Shown: positions 25,025-37,725, counted from the first letter of the stretch. The stretch is DNA of 64,000 bases from Hemiscyllium ocellatum (GCF_020745735.1 NC_083419.1:16514085-16578084); one strand, 5' to 3'. Notes: generated from the sequence alone by a model not told the origin. Translations and numbers: made by a program.

Positions 25025-26282
25025 TTCCTATTCCTTGGAAGCTGCCTCACCTGCTGTGCTTTAACCAGCAACACATTTTCAACTCAAAATTCACCTTGCA
25101 GTGTAATGGCCATGGCAGTGTGTCATGAAACAGTTAAACAAGGTTGATTTTAAAAAAATACTTAACCTCCAAGTGGAAAGTTTATATGTGGCTCCCTTCC
25201 TGAAATAACCTTGAATGTGACATTGCAGTTGAGGTAACTCAGTTTAAATTTATGAAAAATAACATGCAACCAGCGTTATAACAACGTGTTTCATTCAGAT
25301 AGCAACATTTTGAGATTGTTGTAATAGTACTGAATGCAATACCACTTCAATTAACGACTGGGAGTATTTTAAGCACCTTCGCAAGATGGCAGTGGAGCAG
25401 GGACTGAGCCAAGGGTTCTGTGCGTGGCTGCCTTTCTCTATCTTATCTTCATTTTACTTTTGCTCCTTTTTTTTATTCTTTGTTTTCTTTCTGCAAATTT
25501 TTAAGCCTGGAGTGACAGATAAGGGAGGAGGCATTTGGCAGTAACGTCTTGACTAGCCAGACAAGACTCCATCCCAGCCCGGGGTTTCCCCGTGAGTGAG
25601 GAGCAGGCCCTGGGCTGACTCCATTAGCCTAGCCTCGCAGGCTAGGCTGAGGCTCCAGGTCTGCAGCTAGGCCCAAATGTCTGACGGAGGAAAAATGGAA
25701 GTCTCAGCCCAGCGTGGTGGCTCCTGATGCGTGGTCTTGTTCCGATGTAGGGGTTTTGCCCTGGTGTGGAAGTCTCGTCCCCATGTGGAAGACTGATTCA
25801 TCTTTCAAGTAATCCAGTAGCCTGGCAGGCGGTCTCCTTCAGGAGTGGCAATCTCAGCCTAATACAGCGGTCGTCTTTGGCGGAGACTTCCAGCCCAGTG
25901 TTCTCGTAACCCAGCACAGTGGTCTGGTGCCGGCATGGCATTCTCATCAAGGAATGGTAGTCTCATCCCAGCTGCATCTTCAGGGCATTCCATCCTTCTT
26001 AAGCCATCTTTCCCCAAGCCAGGAGCTGTGAGCTGAGCTGTGGTGTATTTTGTCTTAATTTTAATTCATTATTATTATTGTGTGACTTCTATTGTTGATG
26101 TAGGCACTGTGGGGCAACTTATGAAACTTCACTGTACTTTTCATGTAGAAGTACACGTGACAAGAAATTTCTATTCTAAATACTTTCAAATATTGAAAGC
26201 ATTTTTCTTGTATTTCATGAACATCTGAAAATGTGTTGCTGGTCAAAGCACAGCAGGCCAGGCAGCATCTCAGGAATAGGGA

Positions 26283-26318
26283 ATTCGACGTTTCGAGCAT
26301 AAGCCCTTCATCAGGAAT
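26283..26318 (-). ncRNA. Minimal type I hammerhead ribozyme motif
   Basis: Reverse complement of the 26899-26934 motif. Confidence 0.83.
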
Positions 26319-26898
26319 GAGAGAGAGTAGCCAAGCAGGCTAAGATAAAAGGTAGGGAGGAGGGACTTGGGGGAGGGGCGATGGAGGTGGGATAGGTGGA
26401 AGGAGGTCAAGGTGAGGGTGATAGGCCGGAGTGGGGTGGGGGCGGAGAGGTCAGGAAGGAGATTGCAGGTTAGGAGGGCGGTGCTGAGTTGAGGGAACCG
26501 ACTGAGACAAGGTGGGGGGAAAGGAAATGAGGAAACTGGAGAAATCTGAATTCATCCCTTGTGGTTGGAGGGTTCCCAGGCGGAGGATGAGGTGCTCCTC
26601 AACACGACGGCTGGAGGAGGAGTGCCTCATCTTCCGCCTGGGAACCCTCCAACCACAAGGGATGAATTCAGATTTCTCCAGTTTCCTCATTTCCTTTCCC
26701 CCCACCTTGTCTCAGTCGGTTCCCTCAACTCAGCACCGCCCTCCTAACCTGCAATCTCCTTCCTGACCTCTCCGCCCCCACCCCACTCCGGCCTATCACC
26801 CTCACCTTGACCTCCTTCCACCTATCCCACCTCCATCGCCCCTCCCCCAAGTCCCTCCTCCCTACCTTTTATCTTAGCCTGCTTGGCTACTCTCTCTC

Positions 26899-26934
26899 AT
26901 TCCTGATGAAGGGCTTATGCTCGAAACGTCGAAT
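26899..26934 (+). ncRNA. Minimal type I hammerhead ribozyme motif
   Basis: attc-CTGATGA-a-gggc ttat gctc-GAAA-cGTC-gaat, with one G.U pair in stem II. Predicted cleavage after 26930. Confidence 0.83.
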
Positions 26935-29584
26935 TCCCTATTCCTGAGATGCTGCCTAACCTGCTGTGCTTTAACCAGCAACACATTTTCAGCTGTGATC
27001 TCCAGCATCTGCAGACCTCATTTTTTACTTTTTCATGAACATCTGGCCAATTAATGTACATGTCCTTTGGGCTAGCTATTTTGAGTACCTTGTTGATTTG
27101 CTTCTTTTCTATCTCATTTAGTGCATTTTCATGTAACCACGAAAAGTCACTCTTAGTTCTTTTTTTGCCATTTTTTTTGGTAAACAGACAGGAGTATGTT
27201 AGCAGTGCTGGATTTTGTGAAGCTGAGAACTGTTTTTGATACCTCGCCTGTTATTATGACCCTTTCCTCATGTGAATCAAGCAGACTTCACTCACCTCTG
27301 ATGACTTCTTAGTTGGATTCTCCCAGGACCACATTTGCTTTCTCTGTGTGAGATACAACTGTTTTTATGCACAAATTATGAAATTGGCATGTGCTTTGGG
27401 AGATACCATAATTACAGCAGATTATGTCTGAGTACAGAATGAGGCCATTCAATTCCATGTGTCTGTGCTGGCTTTATACAATATCAACTCAGCCAGTCCC
27501 TCGCCCATGCCTTTTCTCTGTAAATCTGCAAAATTTATTCTTTTAAGTTAGTTACCCAACTATCTTTTAAATTATCTGTTGGCCAGGCACCATCACACAC
27601 TCAGGCACAATCCAGATCCTAACTGCTTGCTGAGTTTTTAAAGAAAGTTTTTCCTCATCTTCCATTCCTTTCTTTTTACCATTCATATTAAATCACTTGT
27701 CCTGTGGTTGTTGACTCTTCTGACCACTGAGAACAATTTCTCCTCTCTTTACCTGTCCAGCCCTGTCATGGTTTTGAAATATCCTCTTTCAATCTTCACT
27801 TCCTGAGAAAAAAAGCAAAGTTCTGTCAATTAGTCCTTGTAAGTGGAATCTCTGAGCCCTAAAGCCATTCTTGTAAAATGAAGTTTACATTTTACAGACA
27901 TCTCAATTAGCTTTATTGTCACATGTACTCAGATGAGTATAGTGAAAAGTTTATAAGCTGCCACTTAGGTCACCATCTTAAATCTGCACCTAGGTACAGA
28001 TTCTTCAGTACAAGTTCTAGGGAAACCATGACAAAATAAAGAAATAAAATGTCCAGCATTACAGATGGCAGGAAAAACTTAGAAAGTAGAGAAATAAAAA
28101 GTTCAGAACAACTGTCCTTCTAACCCAGTTCATGCTGGCACCTACCCTTGACTCCAGACCATGCAGACTTCAGCTCAAGGTTCTCGAAGCTGGGACACTG
28201 CTCTAGAATCATCTTGAGATCAGAAGTCCACGCTGAGGCCACGTTGATCCAAAAGTCTGCCTTGGGCTGCTGGAAGACCACCATACCTGACTGAGAGACC
28301 AGGCAGGGAAGCTGATCGGCTTATCCACATGCCCTATAGATTTTTGGACAATCTATTTTTGAACAGCTGGTCCTTTTGCTTCCTGGGTCTGTAATTTAGG
28401 GAAATGTTGCGCAATGACAAAAGGTAACACTAAATTTTAAAAATTTTCTCATGGGGTGTAGGTATCGCTGGCAAGGCTGGCATATATTGTCCCTCCCTAA
28501 TTTCCCTTGAATTCAGCGGCTTGCTAGAACATTTTGGAGCACAGTTAAGAGTAGACAACATTATGGACTTGCATGCCATAAAAACCTATCTGACTCACAA
28601 ATTATGGAAGATACTGATGTCTTTATCTAGTCTGGCCAACATAAAACTCCAGATAACTAAGATTGGCTTTCAATTTCAGATTTAATTGAACTTAATTTCC
28701 ATCAGCTACAATGGTGCAGTTTGAACCCTGGTTCCTCGAGCATTGGTTGACCCTCTATTATTTAGACCAGCAATATTGCTACACTTAAAATGGTGAGTTT
28801 GGAGTCATATGTAGGTTGTATTGTTGCCATAGTCTTTACCAGACCATAGGGGCTGCTCTCTCTCATTAGAGAGTAGTGACTTGTGGTGATTTAATCTAAG
28901 GGCCATCAGACCTCAGGTGAGGGAAGAAGTTGAAAAGGAGAGTCCTTCATGGTAACTTCAAATTGGTGATGGAATTGAGCCCAACTGTTGTCATCACACT
29001 ACTTTGTAAACCAACCATCCAGCTAACTGAGCTAAACCTATACATGTAGGTTAATGTTTTGGGGAATGGGTTGAAATCCCATCACTGACCGGCGATGAAA
29101 TATGAAACTCTTAATGAATCTGGAATTTAAAATTAGTCTAATGCTGAGCATCCTGTTGATGCTGTAAAAACCCATTTGGGTTCAACAGTACATTTTTAAT
29201 GAAGTAAAATCTTTTGCCCTTATCTGATGTGGTTTACATGTGACTTCAGATCCACAGCAAATATTGGTGAGTTTAACTGCTCTCTGAAATGGCATAACAA
29301 ACTACTCAGTTGTATCAAAATGCTACACTTAATTTGTTAGGTGGAGGTGAGGGAGAATGCATGGGAGGGATGTTTTATGTTTCGATCTTTTAAATGCAGT
29401 GCTAGAGTCTGAGCACCCAGACAGGCTTTTGGCCTAGCCTGCTTTAGGAACTGGCAGACTCTTTGGCCCTTTCAGACTCTTCTAGCTGGACCCCCAGTTG
29501 GTACTATCACCGAAGTAACTTTCAAGACTGATTCATCACACTCATTCTGTCACTCGAGGGTATGTGAAAGCTAAATTTTGTTTG

Positions 29585-31005
29585 AATGATTGTAGTCACA
29601 TGTACCTAAGCAGAGTGAAAAGCTATACTTTGCAAGGAATACAGGCAGATCATAGTAAACAGGGACATACAGAGTGAGGCATACAAGGTTACAACAGCAC
29701 AGGAGATGGATAAAGTAACATCAACATTAGCAAGATAGATGTTGTGAAACTTTGAAAGTGTTCAAAAAAGATTTACAAAGATGTTGCCAGGGTTGGATGG
29801 TTTGAGCTATAGGGAGAGGCTGAACAGGCTGGGGCTCTTTTCCCTGGAGCATCGGAGGCTGAGGGGTGACCTTATAGAGGTTTACAAAGTTATGAGGGAC
29901 ATGGATAGGGTAAATAGGCAAAGTCTTTTCCCTGGGGTCGGGGAGTCCAGAACTAAAGGGCATAGGTTTAGGGAGAGAGGGGAAAGATATAAAAGAGACC
30001 TAAGGGGCAACATTTTCACGCAGAGGGTGGTACGTGTATGGAATGAGCTGCCAGAGGAAGTGGTGGAGGCTGGTCCAATTGCAACATTTAAGAGGCATTT
30101 GGATAGGTATATGAATAGGAAGGGTTTGGAGGGATATGGGCCAGGTGCTGGCAGGTGGGACTAGATTGGGTTGAGATATCTGGTCGGCATGGGCGGGTTG
30201 GACCGAAGGGTCTGTTTCTATGCTGTACATCTCGATAACACTAAGTTCAGAATCATGTGAAATTAGGGAGTCCATTCAGCAGTGTAATAACAGTAAGAAG
30301 AAGCTGTTCATGAACCTGTTAGTGTGTATGTTCAAGCTTTTAATGGAAGAGGTTGGAAAATAGCATTACCGAGGTAGGAGAGTACTTTGATATTGGTAGC
30401 CTTTCCGCAGCAACAAGAACTGTAAATGGAATCCATGGTTGGGAGATTGGCTTCCATGATGATCTGGGTTGTGCATACAACTTTCTGCAGTTTCTTATGG
30501 TCCTGGGCAGAGCGGTTGCCATGCCAAGCAGTTCTGCATTTGGATAAAATGTTCTCTCTGGTGCATTTGTAAAGGTTGGGTTGAGGGTCCTTGTGGATAT
30601 GTCAAATTTCCTAAGCCTCCTGAGGAAGAAGAGCATTGTTGTGCCTTCTTGACCATCACATCTATGTGGGAAGTTCAGGACAGATTATCGGTTATCATCA
30701 CTCCGAGGGACTTGACACATTCCACACTTTCAACCTCAGTTTTGTTAATGTAGATGGGGGCATGACTTCTTCATTTCTTCCTGAAGTCAATGATTAGTTC
30801 TTTTGTTTTGCCAGCATTGAGAGAAAGGTTGTTATCATTGCACCAAGACACCAAGCCCTCTCTTTCCTTCCTGTATTCTGACTCATCATTGTTTTGATAT
30901 CCTTCCTACTACGGCAGTGTCATCAGCAAACTTGTAGATGGAGGTTGTTCAGAATTTGGCTGCACAGTCATGGGTGTACAGGGAGTACAAGAGGCTGAGA
31001 AATGT
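29585..31005 (-). mobile_element. Rex1/Babar-type LINE fragment interrupted by a CR1 copy
   Basis: Homologous to 10715-11905 (LFFLRRLRKF; gtgtcatcagcaaacttgtagatgg = IYKFADDT on the minus strand). Confidence 0.8.
29730..30240 (+). mobile_element. CR1 LINE 3' end (ORF2 C-terminus)
   Basis: MLPGLDGLSYRERLNRLGLFSLEHRRLRGDLIEVYK...FTQRVVRVWNELPEEVVEA plus the typical 3' UTR. Confidence 0.9.
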
Positions 31006-33819
31006 CTTTGGCTGATCGTAATATCTTCTAGTAGTTTAATCTGGAGAGTAAGTAAGGCCATGATAACTCTGTGTGAATCATTCAGCAAGTTGCTGTATAA
31101 GTAGAAATTGCATTTTAATTTTTTTGAGGAATGTATGGGGTATACGATTTAGTCTTTAGCAGAATAAAGTGTCATTATCTGAGTTAGCATTTGTTACTGA
31201 TCCCGAGTTGCCCTTAAGAGGACTGCAGTGAGCCACTTTCTTGAACCACAAGAGCCAATGTGATGCAGTCACATCCACAGTGGAGTTGGAGGTGAGGAAG
31301 ACACCCTTCCTCATCAACTCAAAATAAATGTTCTGCCTCTTATTTTCAGGCTGTGAAGCCATTTACAAATTTCCCAGCCAGGGATGATGTCCTCCCAGCA
31401 CTTACCGTCAAACCTTCTCTGGCTTTTTATCTTTTCGTGAGATCACATCTGGGATGTGCATAGTCACTTGGTAGCACAGAATGCAAATATTGCTGGTAAA
31501 AGACACAATTTGACAAAGATTTTAATTTTGTACTCCTCAGGACAATTCTGAAGAATGCCAATTTAAGGGAAAAGTGCTTATTCGTTGGCAAATAGACTGG
31601 TAGAAGTATTTCCATGGGCATTGCACCAGTTAATGATGATTAGACAATAGGTGCAGGAATAGGCCATTCTGCCCTTCGAACCTGCACCACCATTCAATAT
31701 GATCATGGTTGATCATCCTTAATCAGTATCCTGTTCCTGCCTTATCTCCATTACCCTTGATTCCACCAGCCTTGAGAGCTCTATCCAACTCTTTCTTAAA
31801 TGAATCCAGAGACTGGGCCTCCACTGCCCTCTGGGACAGTTAACTACCTGATATTCATGTGAATTGCATTGATGTAGTAAGATAAAAAGCTTCAACAAGA
31901 TGCCTCTGTCAGTAATACTCAGGATCAGGTCTAATATTTATAAATGACCCTCCGCTCCAGTCAACCTCACCTCATTGGTCTGTTCTTTTATCCTAGAATT
32001 GATCCAATAAACCCAATTTCATGACTGTGCTCAAAGTGAAACCTCTACCCTATCGTTCGGATGGGAATATGTATGTAAGGATCCCCCAATTTCCTGATAG
32101 GCACACCCTGTGAGTGACTGTCCTCACATGGAACATCTGGGTTCTTGTCCACTTGGTGATGCAAATCTTTGGACACCCACTGACTGTAACTGCGATCCCC
32201 GTTCAAAGTATCTATTTCAGTAATCACAGATTTACTGGGGAATAAACTCCAAAGGACCTCTATGCACATCGATAATTGATCTTTCAGCTGAAATCAATGA
32301 CTCTGAATGTTGTTGGCTATGTATGGAGCAGTATAAATTCTATTTATTCAGTAATTCAAACAAGTCCTTGACTCCATATCAAAATCAAACACATTCTCTT
32401 CTCAGAGCAACTGCTGCTGGCAGATACTCTGCCGTGAGATCAGCTGTCATGGAATGTTCGTCTTGTCTGTCCTCTCACACCCGCTGTAGCTTATCGGGTC
32501 TGCAAATGTTCCATGATATCCATCATCTGACAATGCCTAAGTCAGCCCACTCTTTACTGCTCTCCACTTTGTTTTTTTTCAACAGCTCTTCTGTGCAGCT
32601 ATTTTAACTGTATTGAATTTGCAAACAGCCTATAGTTTCTGCTTTGATTTGGCTTGCTGTTATCAAAAAAATGTACTGCAAGCTGCCTCAACAGCATTTT
32701 TCTAAAGATTGCATTGAAGGTTCTCCTGATGTTGCGTACTTTGTGGTGGGAGTGCTTGTGATTGATCCCATCCCTGTTTTGAGTAATTAATGACTTCCTC
32801 TTGACTAGAATAGCATTTTAAAATGAAATCTCAAACCAACCTTCATCACAGCACAATTTTGTGTGCCATGTAATTTAAAATGCTGCCAACTTTAAGACTG
32901 GTAATGACAGGGAAGTTTGCAAGTATCTGAAGATTTGTTAATGTGAAAAAGGGTGTACATGTATGAGGGGAAGGTTCTTTTAACTGATAGCTGGAATTGG
33001 GGGTGGGTAAGTCCTTTGAGGAAACGTTGGACAAGTTGGGTCTACGATCGCTGCAGTTTAGATGAGTTAAAGATTATTTTATTGACACATCTGAGATCCT
33101 GAGGGGACTTGACAAGATGGATTCTGCAAGGATGTTTCCCCTTTCAATTCCCCTTCCCAATTGCACCAGTGTAGTTCTCCAAGGTGCTACCCAGTCTGAT
33201 CCAATAAGTCTGTTTCACCTATTAATAGCTCAACCAGTCTAATAGACAACTGTCAGATTTAATTGTCCTTCAGCTGTCAAGCTTTTTTTTTCAATCTTCA
33301 CAGGGATGTGAGAATTGCTGGCTAGGTTAGTATTTATTCCGTCTCTCAAATTGTCCTGGAGAAGGTGATAGTGAGCTGCCTTCTTCAATCTCTGCTGTCC
33401 ATTCGGCATAGATGCCCCCACAGTGCTATTAGTGAGGGAAGTTACAATATCTTTAACCAGAGACAGTGTCACAACAGCAATGTAGTTCAAAGTCAGAATG
33501 GATTGGATTGAATTGGAGGAGAACTTGTAGGTGGAAGTACTGCCATGTATAGCTTCATGGAGAAAAATACCAAAACCCTCCCAGAAATAATTGACAGCCA
33601 ATCAAGCAAAAAAAATTCAAGGTAGTAATATTAGGTTTTAAAATAGCAAGAAAGAAATTAATGGGACTTAAGGTGGTCAGGTGTTCTGGACTTGGTGATC
33701 AGTCATGGAGTGTTAAAACGGAAAGCATTAAGTACATAGTTGGTAACCTTTCAAAATTCTGCTAACAGCAGTTTTATAGGTGGCGAATGTAACCCCACTA
33801 TTCAGGGATGGAGGGAGAG

Positions 33820-33960
33820 TCGAAGAGTGTGGCCTTCATCAGGGCTTATGCTCGAAACGTTGATTCTCCTGCTCCTCGGATGCTGCCTGATCTGCTGTGC
33901 TTTTCCAGCACACATTCTTGGACTCTGATCTCCAGCATCTGCAGTCTCCACTTTCTCCAA
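33820..33960 (+). mobile_element. Short Penelope-terminus element with a mostly deleted inverted arm
   Basis: Junction ccttcatcagggcttatgctcgaaacgttg. TSD atggagggagag at 33808-33819 and 33963-33974. Confidence 0.75.
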
Positions 33961-34178
33961 GAATGGAGGGAGAGGAAGCACCATGAAGTACAGACCTGTT
34001 ATTAGTTATTAGATACAGAGGAATTTTTGAATCTATAATAAACGAGAACACTTAGTGGTATGATCGGGCAGTTAAAATCCAAATATGCTATATCCACTGG
34101 TTTTCCTTTATCTATGCTACAGGTATTATCCTCAAAAAAAACTCTAAGTTTGTCAAGCCTGACTTTCCTTTCATAAAT

Positions 34179-34512
34179 GGGGTGGCACAGTGATTCAGCG
34201 GTTAGCACTGCTGCCTCACAGCTCCAGGGACTCGGGTTTGATTCCAGCCTCGGGCGACTCTCTGTGTGGAGTTTGCACATTCTCCCCGTGTCTGTGTGGG
34301 TTTCCTCTGGGTGCTCCGGTTTCCTCCCACAATCCAAAAATGTATAGGTCAGGTGAAATGGCCGTGCTAAATTGCCCATAGTGTTAGGTGCATTAGTTAG
34401 GGGTAAATACAGGGTAGGGGAATGGGTCTTAGTGGGCTACCCTTCGGAGGGTTGAAGTGGACTTGTTGGGCCGAAGGGCCTGTTTCCATACTGTAGAGAA
34501 TCTAATCTAATC
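34179..34512 (+). mobile_element. HE1-type V-SINE, full length
   Basis: Head ggggtggcacagtgattcagcggttagcactg, V-domain, aatctaatctaatc tail. Confidence 0.85.
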
Positions 34513-36039
34513 AGATCCATGTTGATCCTGCTCAATCAGATTTTCTTAGCATCCAAAATCAAAAACAAAACAAAAATTGCTGGAGAAACTCAGCAGGTCT
34601 TGCTGCATCTGTGAAGAGAAAGCAAAGTCAATGTTTCGGGTCTTCCTTCACTTGACCCAAAACATTAACTCTGCTGTCCCTTCATAGATGCTGCAAGACC
34701 TGCTGACTTTCTCCAGCAATTTCTGTTAGCTCGCAGTTATCCCATCCTTTTGTAATGTATTCGAGCATTTTCACTGCTACTGATGTGAAAATAACATGTC
34801 TGTAATTTTTCTCTCCTTCTCCTCCTTGAATAGTAGGGTTACATATCCTTATTTCCAGAATTTATCAAACTTTGCATGTTAGCCATCAATGCACACACAA
34901 TATTTATGGCATCTCCTTCAATACTCTGTGACATAGAGAACATTCCTGAGATAAGAATATTGGAATATTTTTCCCATTCTGTAGTTGATTCAGGAAATAC
35001 ATGGATTCTGGGATGAACAAGTAAAACCATTAGGGTCAGACTAGGGATGAGCAGAAATTGGTGAACAGCTGATGATTCGTTCATGTGGTTTGATTCATGT
35101 TCTTTTAAGCTGTTGAAAGTAACTGTGATTATTTCCAAGTGGAGCCTGGAGTAGAAATCTAAGAACCAAATCACAAGTTAGGGTAATTGGATTTTTTCTT
35201 AAAAAGAAAATTGTTCTCAGATTGTTGACAATCCAGTCTGGCGTTTTTTTTTACCCATCCATGGTTGGGAAATGATCAGTTTAAGGAACAAATCTTTCAG
35301 CCCCACAGGAGTTAACTGAAGGAATTGGCCTTACTCATTTCAGTAACTCACAGCTTTTGTTCAAATATTCCAAGTGAAGAGGTTCCTAATAAATAGCCAT
35401 GAGAACTTCAAATAGAGTGCAAGAATCCTAAAGAAGGACCTGATTAGCCAATGAGCTGAACAGTCTCCGCCAGTGTCTTTTATTCAGGGCAGAACTTCCC
35501 AAATATGACTCCAGCAGCCAAAACCACTCCCCCACCTCAATCCACTTCAGAGCCCAGCGTTGGACAGAATTTCAAGAATCGCCATGGGAAAAAAATGGAT
35601 AGCAGAGTTAAAGAGTCTGGAATTGAATGAAGTGAAGGATTCTCAATACATGACAAAATTGTCCTGATGATTATGTACCAAGAAAGAATTGAGTTTTGGC
35701 CAGAAATGTCTTTCACTTCCTCAGTATGACACTGCATCCATAAAACCGATGTTTTGACCGGCCTGCCTTGCATTTGGAATGGTTTCTGTACTCTATTACT
35801 TCCCTCTGTAATTAGTTACTGACTTGTAATTTTGCTTGCCTGCATTACAAGTAATTATAATTCCAAAAGGTACTTCATTGGCTGTAGATATCCTGAGCTT
35901 AATTGTAGTACAAGTCTCACTGTTAGGTTGTTTCTGGAAGGGCTAGAGTTGAACGCTCCGACTAGCACCAAAGAAAGAAGATTTCCCCCAGCCCTGAACA
36001 AGTAGGGTTTTTCAGAGTTTGCTGTTTTCTTCCTTTCAG

Positions 36040-36139
36040 AATGGCAATGAACCAGGAGCTTTCCAGCATCCTGAATGAGCTATGGAAAGCAGATGAAAAC
36101 CGACTGGTGCCTGGAAAAGACTATCAGATTTCTGTACAG
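36040..36139 (+). CDS. endou2: XendoU-type endoribonuclease, exon 2 (MAMNQELSSILNELWKADENRLVPGKDYQISVQ)
   Basis: Acceptor tttcag|, donor |gtcagt, 100 nt. Matches XendoU NHELSKLFNELWDADQNRMKSGKDYRISLQ. Confidence 0.95.
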
Positions 36140-36252
36140 GTCAGTATCTTCATATTACCAGCTTTAGAAATATGCTTGAAAGGTTATCTGGTGCTGTATT
36201 AGGTTATATTAGGAGAATAGTATTGGACAGTGTTGGTTGTATAGGGAATTAT

Positions 36253-36475
36253 TCTGGATTAGTGGTGCTGGAAGAGCACAGCAGTTCAGGCAGCATTCAA
36301 GGAGCAGCAAAATCGATGTTTCGGGCAAAAGCCCTTCATCAGGAATTCCTGATGTAGGGCTTTTGCCTGAAACGTTGATTTCGCTGTTCCTTGGATGCTG
36401 CCTGAACTGCTGTGCTCTTCCAGCATACTAATCCAGAATCTGGTTTCCAGCATCTGCAGTCATTGTTTTTACCTC
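36253..36475. mobile_element. Short fold-back Penelope-terminus element with back-to-back hammerhead cores
   Basis: Centre catcagGAATTCctgatg (axis 36343-36348). TSD tgtatagggaattat at 36238-36252 and 36476-36490. Confidence 0.88.
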
Positions 36476-37613
36476 TGTATAGGGAATTATACAGAGCGTT
36501 TTGTTTAATACAATAAATGCTATCCTACATGTTCATTCATAAGAAGTGACCATTTTTTGGAAGCCACCATTTATTGCCCGTCCATAATTGCTTTGAAGAA
36601 GATGGTAGTGAGCAGCCTTCTTGAACCACTGTAGTCCATGTGGTGTCGGTAGATCCAGAGTTCCAGGATTTTGACCAGCGAAGGAAGATGACATAGTGCC
36701 AAATTAGGGTGTCTACAGACTTGGAGGTGAAGTTGAAGGTATAGTTTAGATGCAGGTATCCCTGGCTTTTAAAAAGTTTGCTTTGTGCCACTTGACTTTT
36801 ACGAAAGACCTACATTAGTACCTGTTATTGCCAACTGAAAGAAGTCCGAAGACAATTTTGGCTTTTATGAAGAAACTAATTGCAGTTTCATTTTACGCCA
36901 TTACAGCTGATGCCAGGTTTCATAGGAATGTTCTACTTTCAGGTAGCAGGGGAAACAAGTAATCCTTTTTTTAACTAGAATTTTTCTTTTACACTGTCCC
37001 ATGTATTGATATTTCATTTGCATGGTTTATTTTAAAGACTTATTTCTTCAAATGACATGAGTATTTTTGGGTTAACGTCGTGTCATGTGCCTCGTGCGCT
37101 GTTGCATTTTGCTTCATCATGTGTCTGAGTCGTCCGATGTCAGGACCTGATTGTAAAGGAGGAAAAGAAGCAGGTGGGCAAGGAGATGGACAGATAGATC
37201 AAAGGGAGTAGGTTTGTACTACTCAAGAGTTTGTAATCACTTTAAACATGAGGCAGTGACAGAGTGAGACAAACAGAGCTGAGTTTCAGGAGTGCTGTGG
37301 GTAAGATGCTTAACCCATCAAGACTGATGTGTTACTCAATTTCAGTTTGAATATAGCAGAAATACTGCACAGTGATCTATTTTGGTTTTTAACTCAGCCA
37401 GGAATGTACCCTTAGGTTGACTTTTCTGAAGTAAGAAAGTGTCTGATGGCTCAGTATTGATTTCTATAGGAACTTATGATACACTCATTGCTGTTTCACT
37501 TAACGTTGTGACTTTTTAAAAATACAGTTACAACTTTAAGTGAGGATTGTCTGTATTGAGTAATCATTATGTTGTTGTTGTTAGTGGTAATTGGAGTCTC
37601 TGTTTCCCTGCAG

Positions 37614-37725
37614 GGTAAAGCAGGGTATGTCCCTGCAGGAAGTAACAATGCAAAGGACAATGCCCGTAGGCCACTGTTCTCCTATGTAAATGAAGAACGT
37701 TTGCACTCAATTAAAACCTTTGCTG
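37614..37725 (+). CDS. endou2: XendoU-type endoribonuclease, exon 3 (GKAGYVPAGSNNAKDNARRPLFSYVNEERLHSIKTFA)
   Basis: Acceptor ctgcag|, donor |gtacgt, 112 nt. GKAGYVPAGSN is identical to XendoU. Confidence 0.95.

Larger units (their letters stand above)
22926..25084 (-). mobile_element. Young 5'-truncated Penelope-like element (Neptune-type) with an inverted copy of its 3' end
   Basis: RT region 24818-24198 (GVAMGTRMGPSYA). YIDD lies at 24330-24319 after a single 1-nt frameshift. The ORF continues through a CNRRKCKTC linker and a GIY-YIG domain (IIYCICCTRCGLLYIGETGR...ERFREH) to 23191. 24810-25084 is an inverted copy of the 3' end. TSD ctcaaaattcacctt at 22911-22925 and 25083-25097. Confidence 0.93.
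26228..27030. mobile_element. Fold-back (palindromic) Neptune-type Penelope insertion with ~375-bp arms
   Basis: The left arm is the near-perfect reverse complement of the right arm, with a ~16-nt spacer at ~26601-26616. The ORF track shows mirror ORFs. TSD tttcatgaacatctg at 26213-26227 and 27031-27045. Confidence 0.93.

Noticed and set aside
26451-26766. Two near-identical 84-aa ORFs on opposite strands as a gene pair
   Set aside because: They follow directly from the palindrome. Half of each is antisense Penelope sequence.
34179-34255. tRNA gene
   Set aside because: The tRNA-like A/B boxes are the head of a V-SINE. No full cloverleaf is evident, and the V-domain and tail follow.
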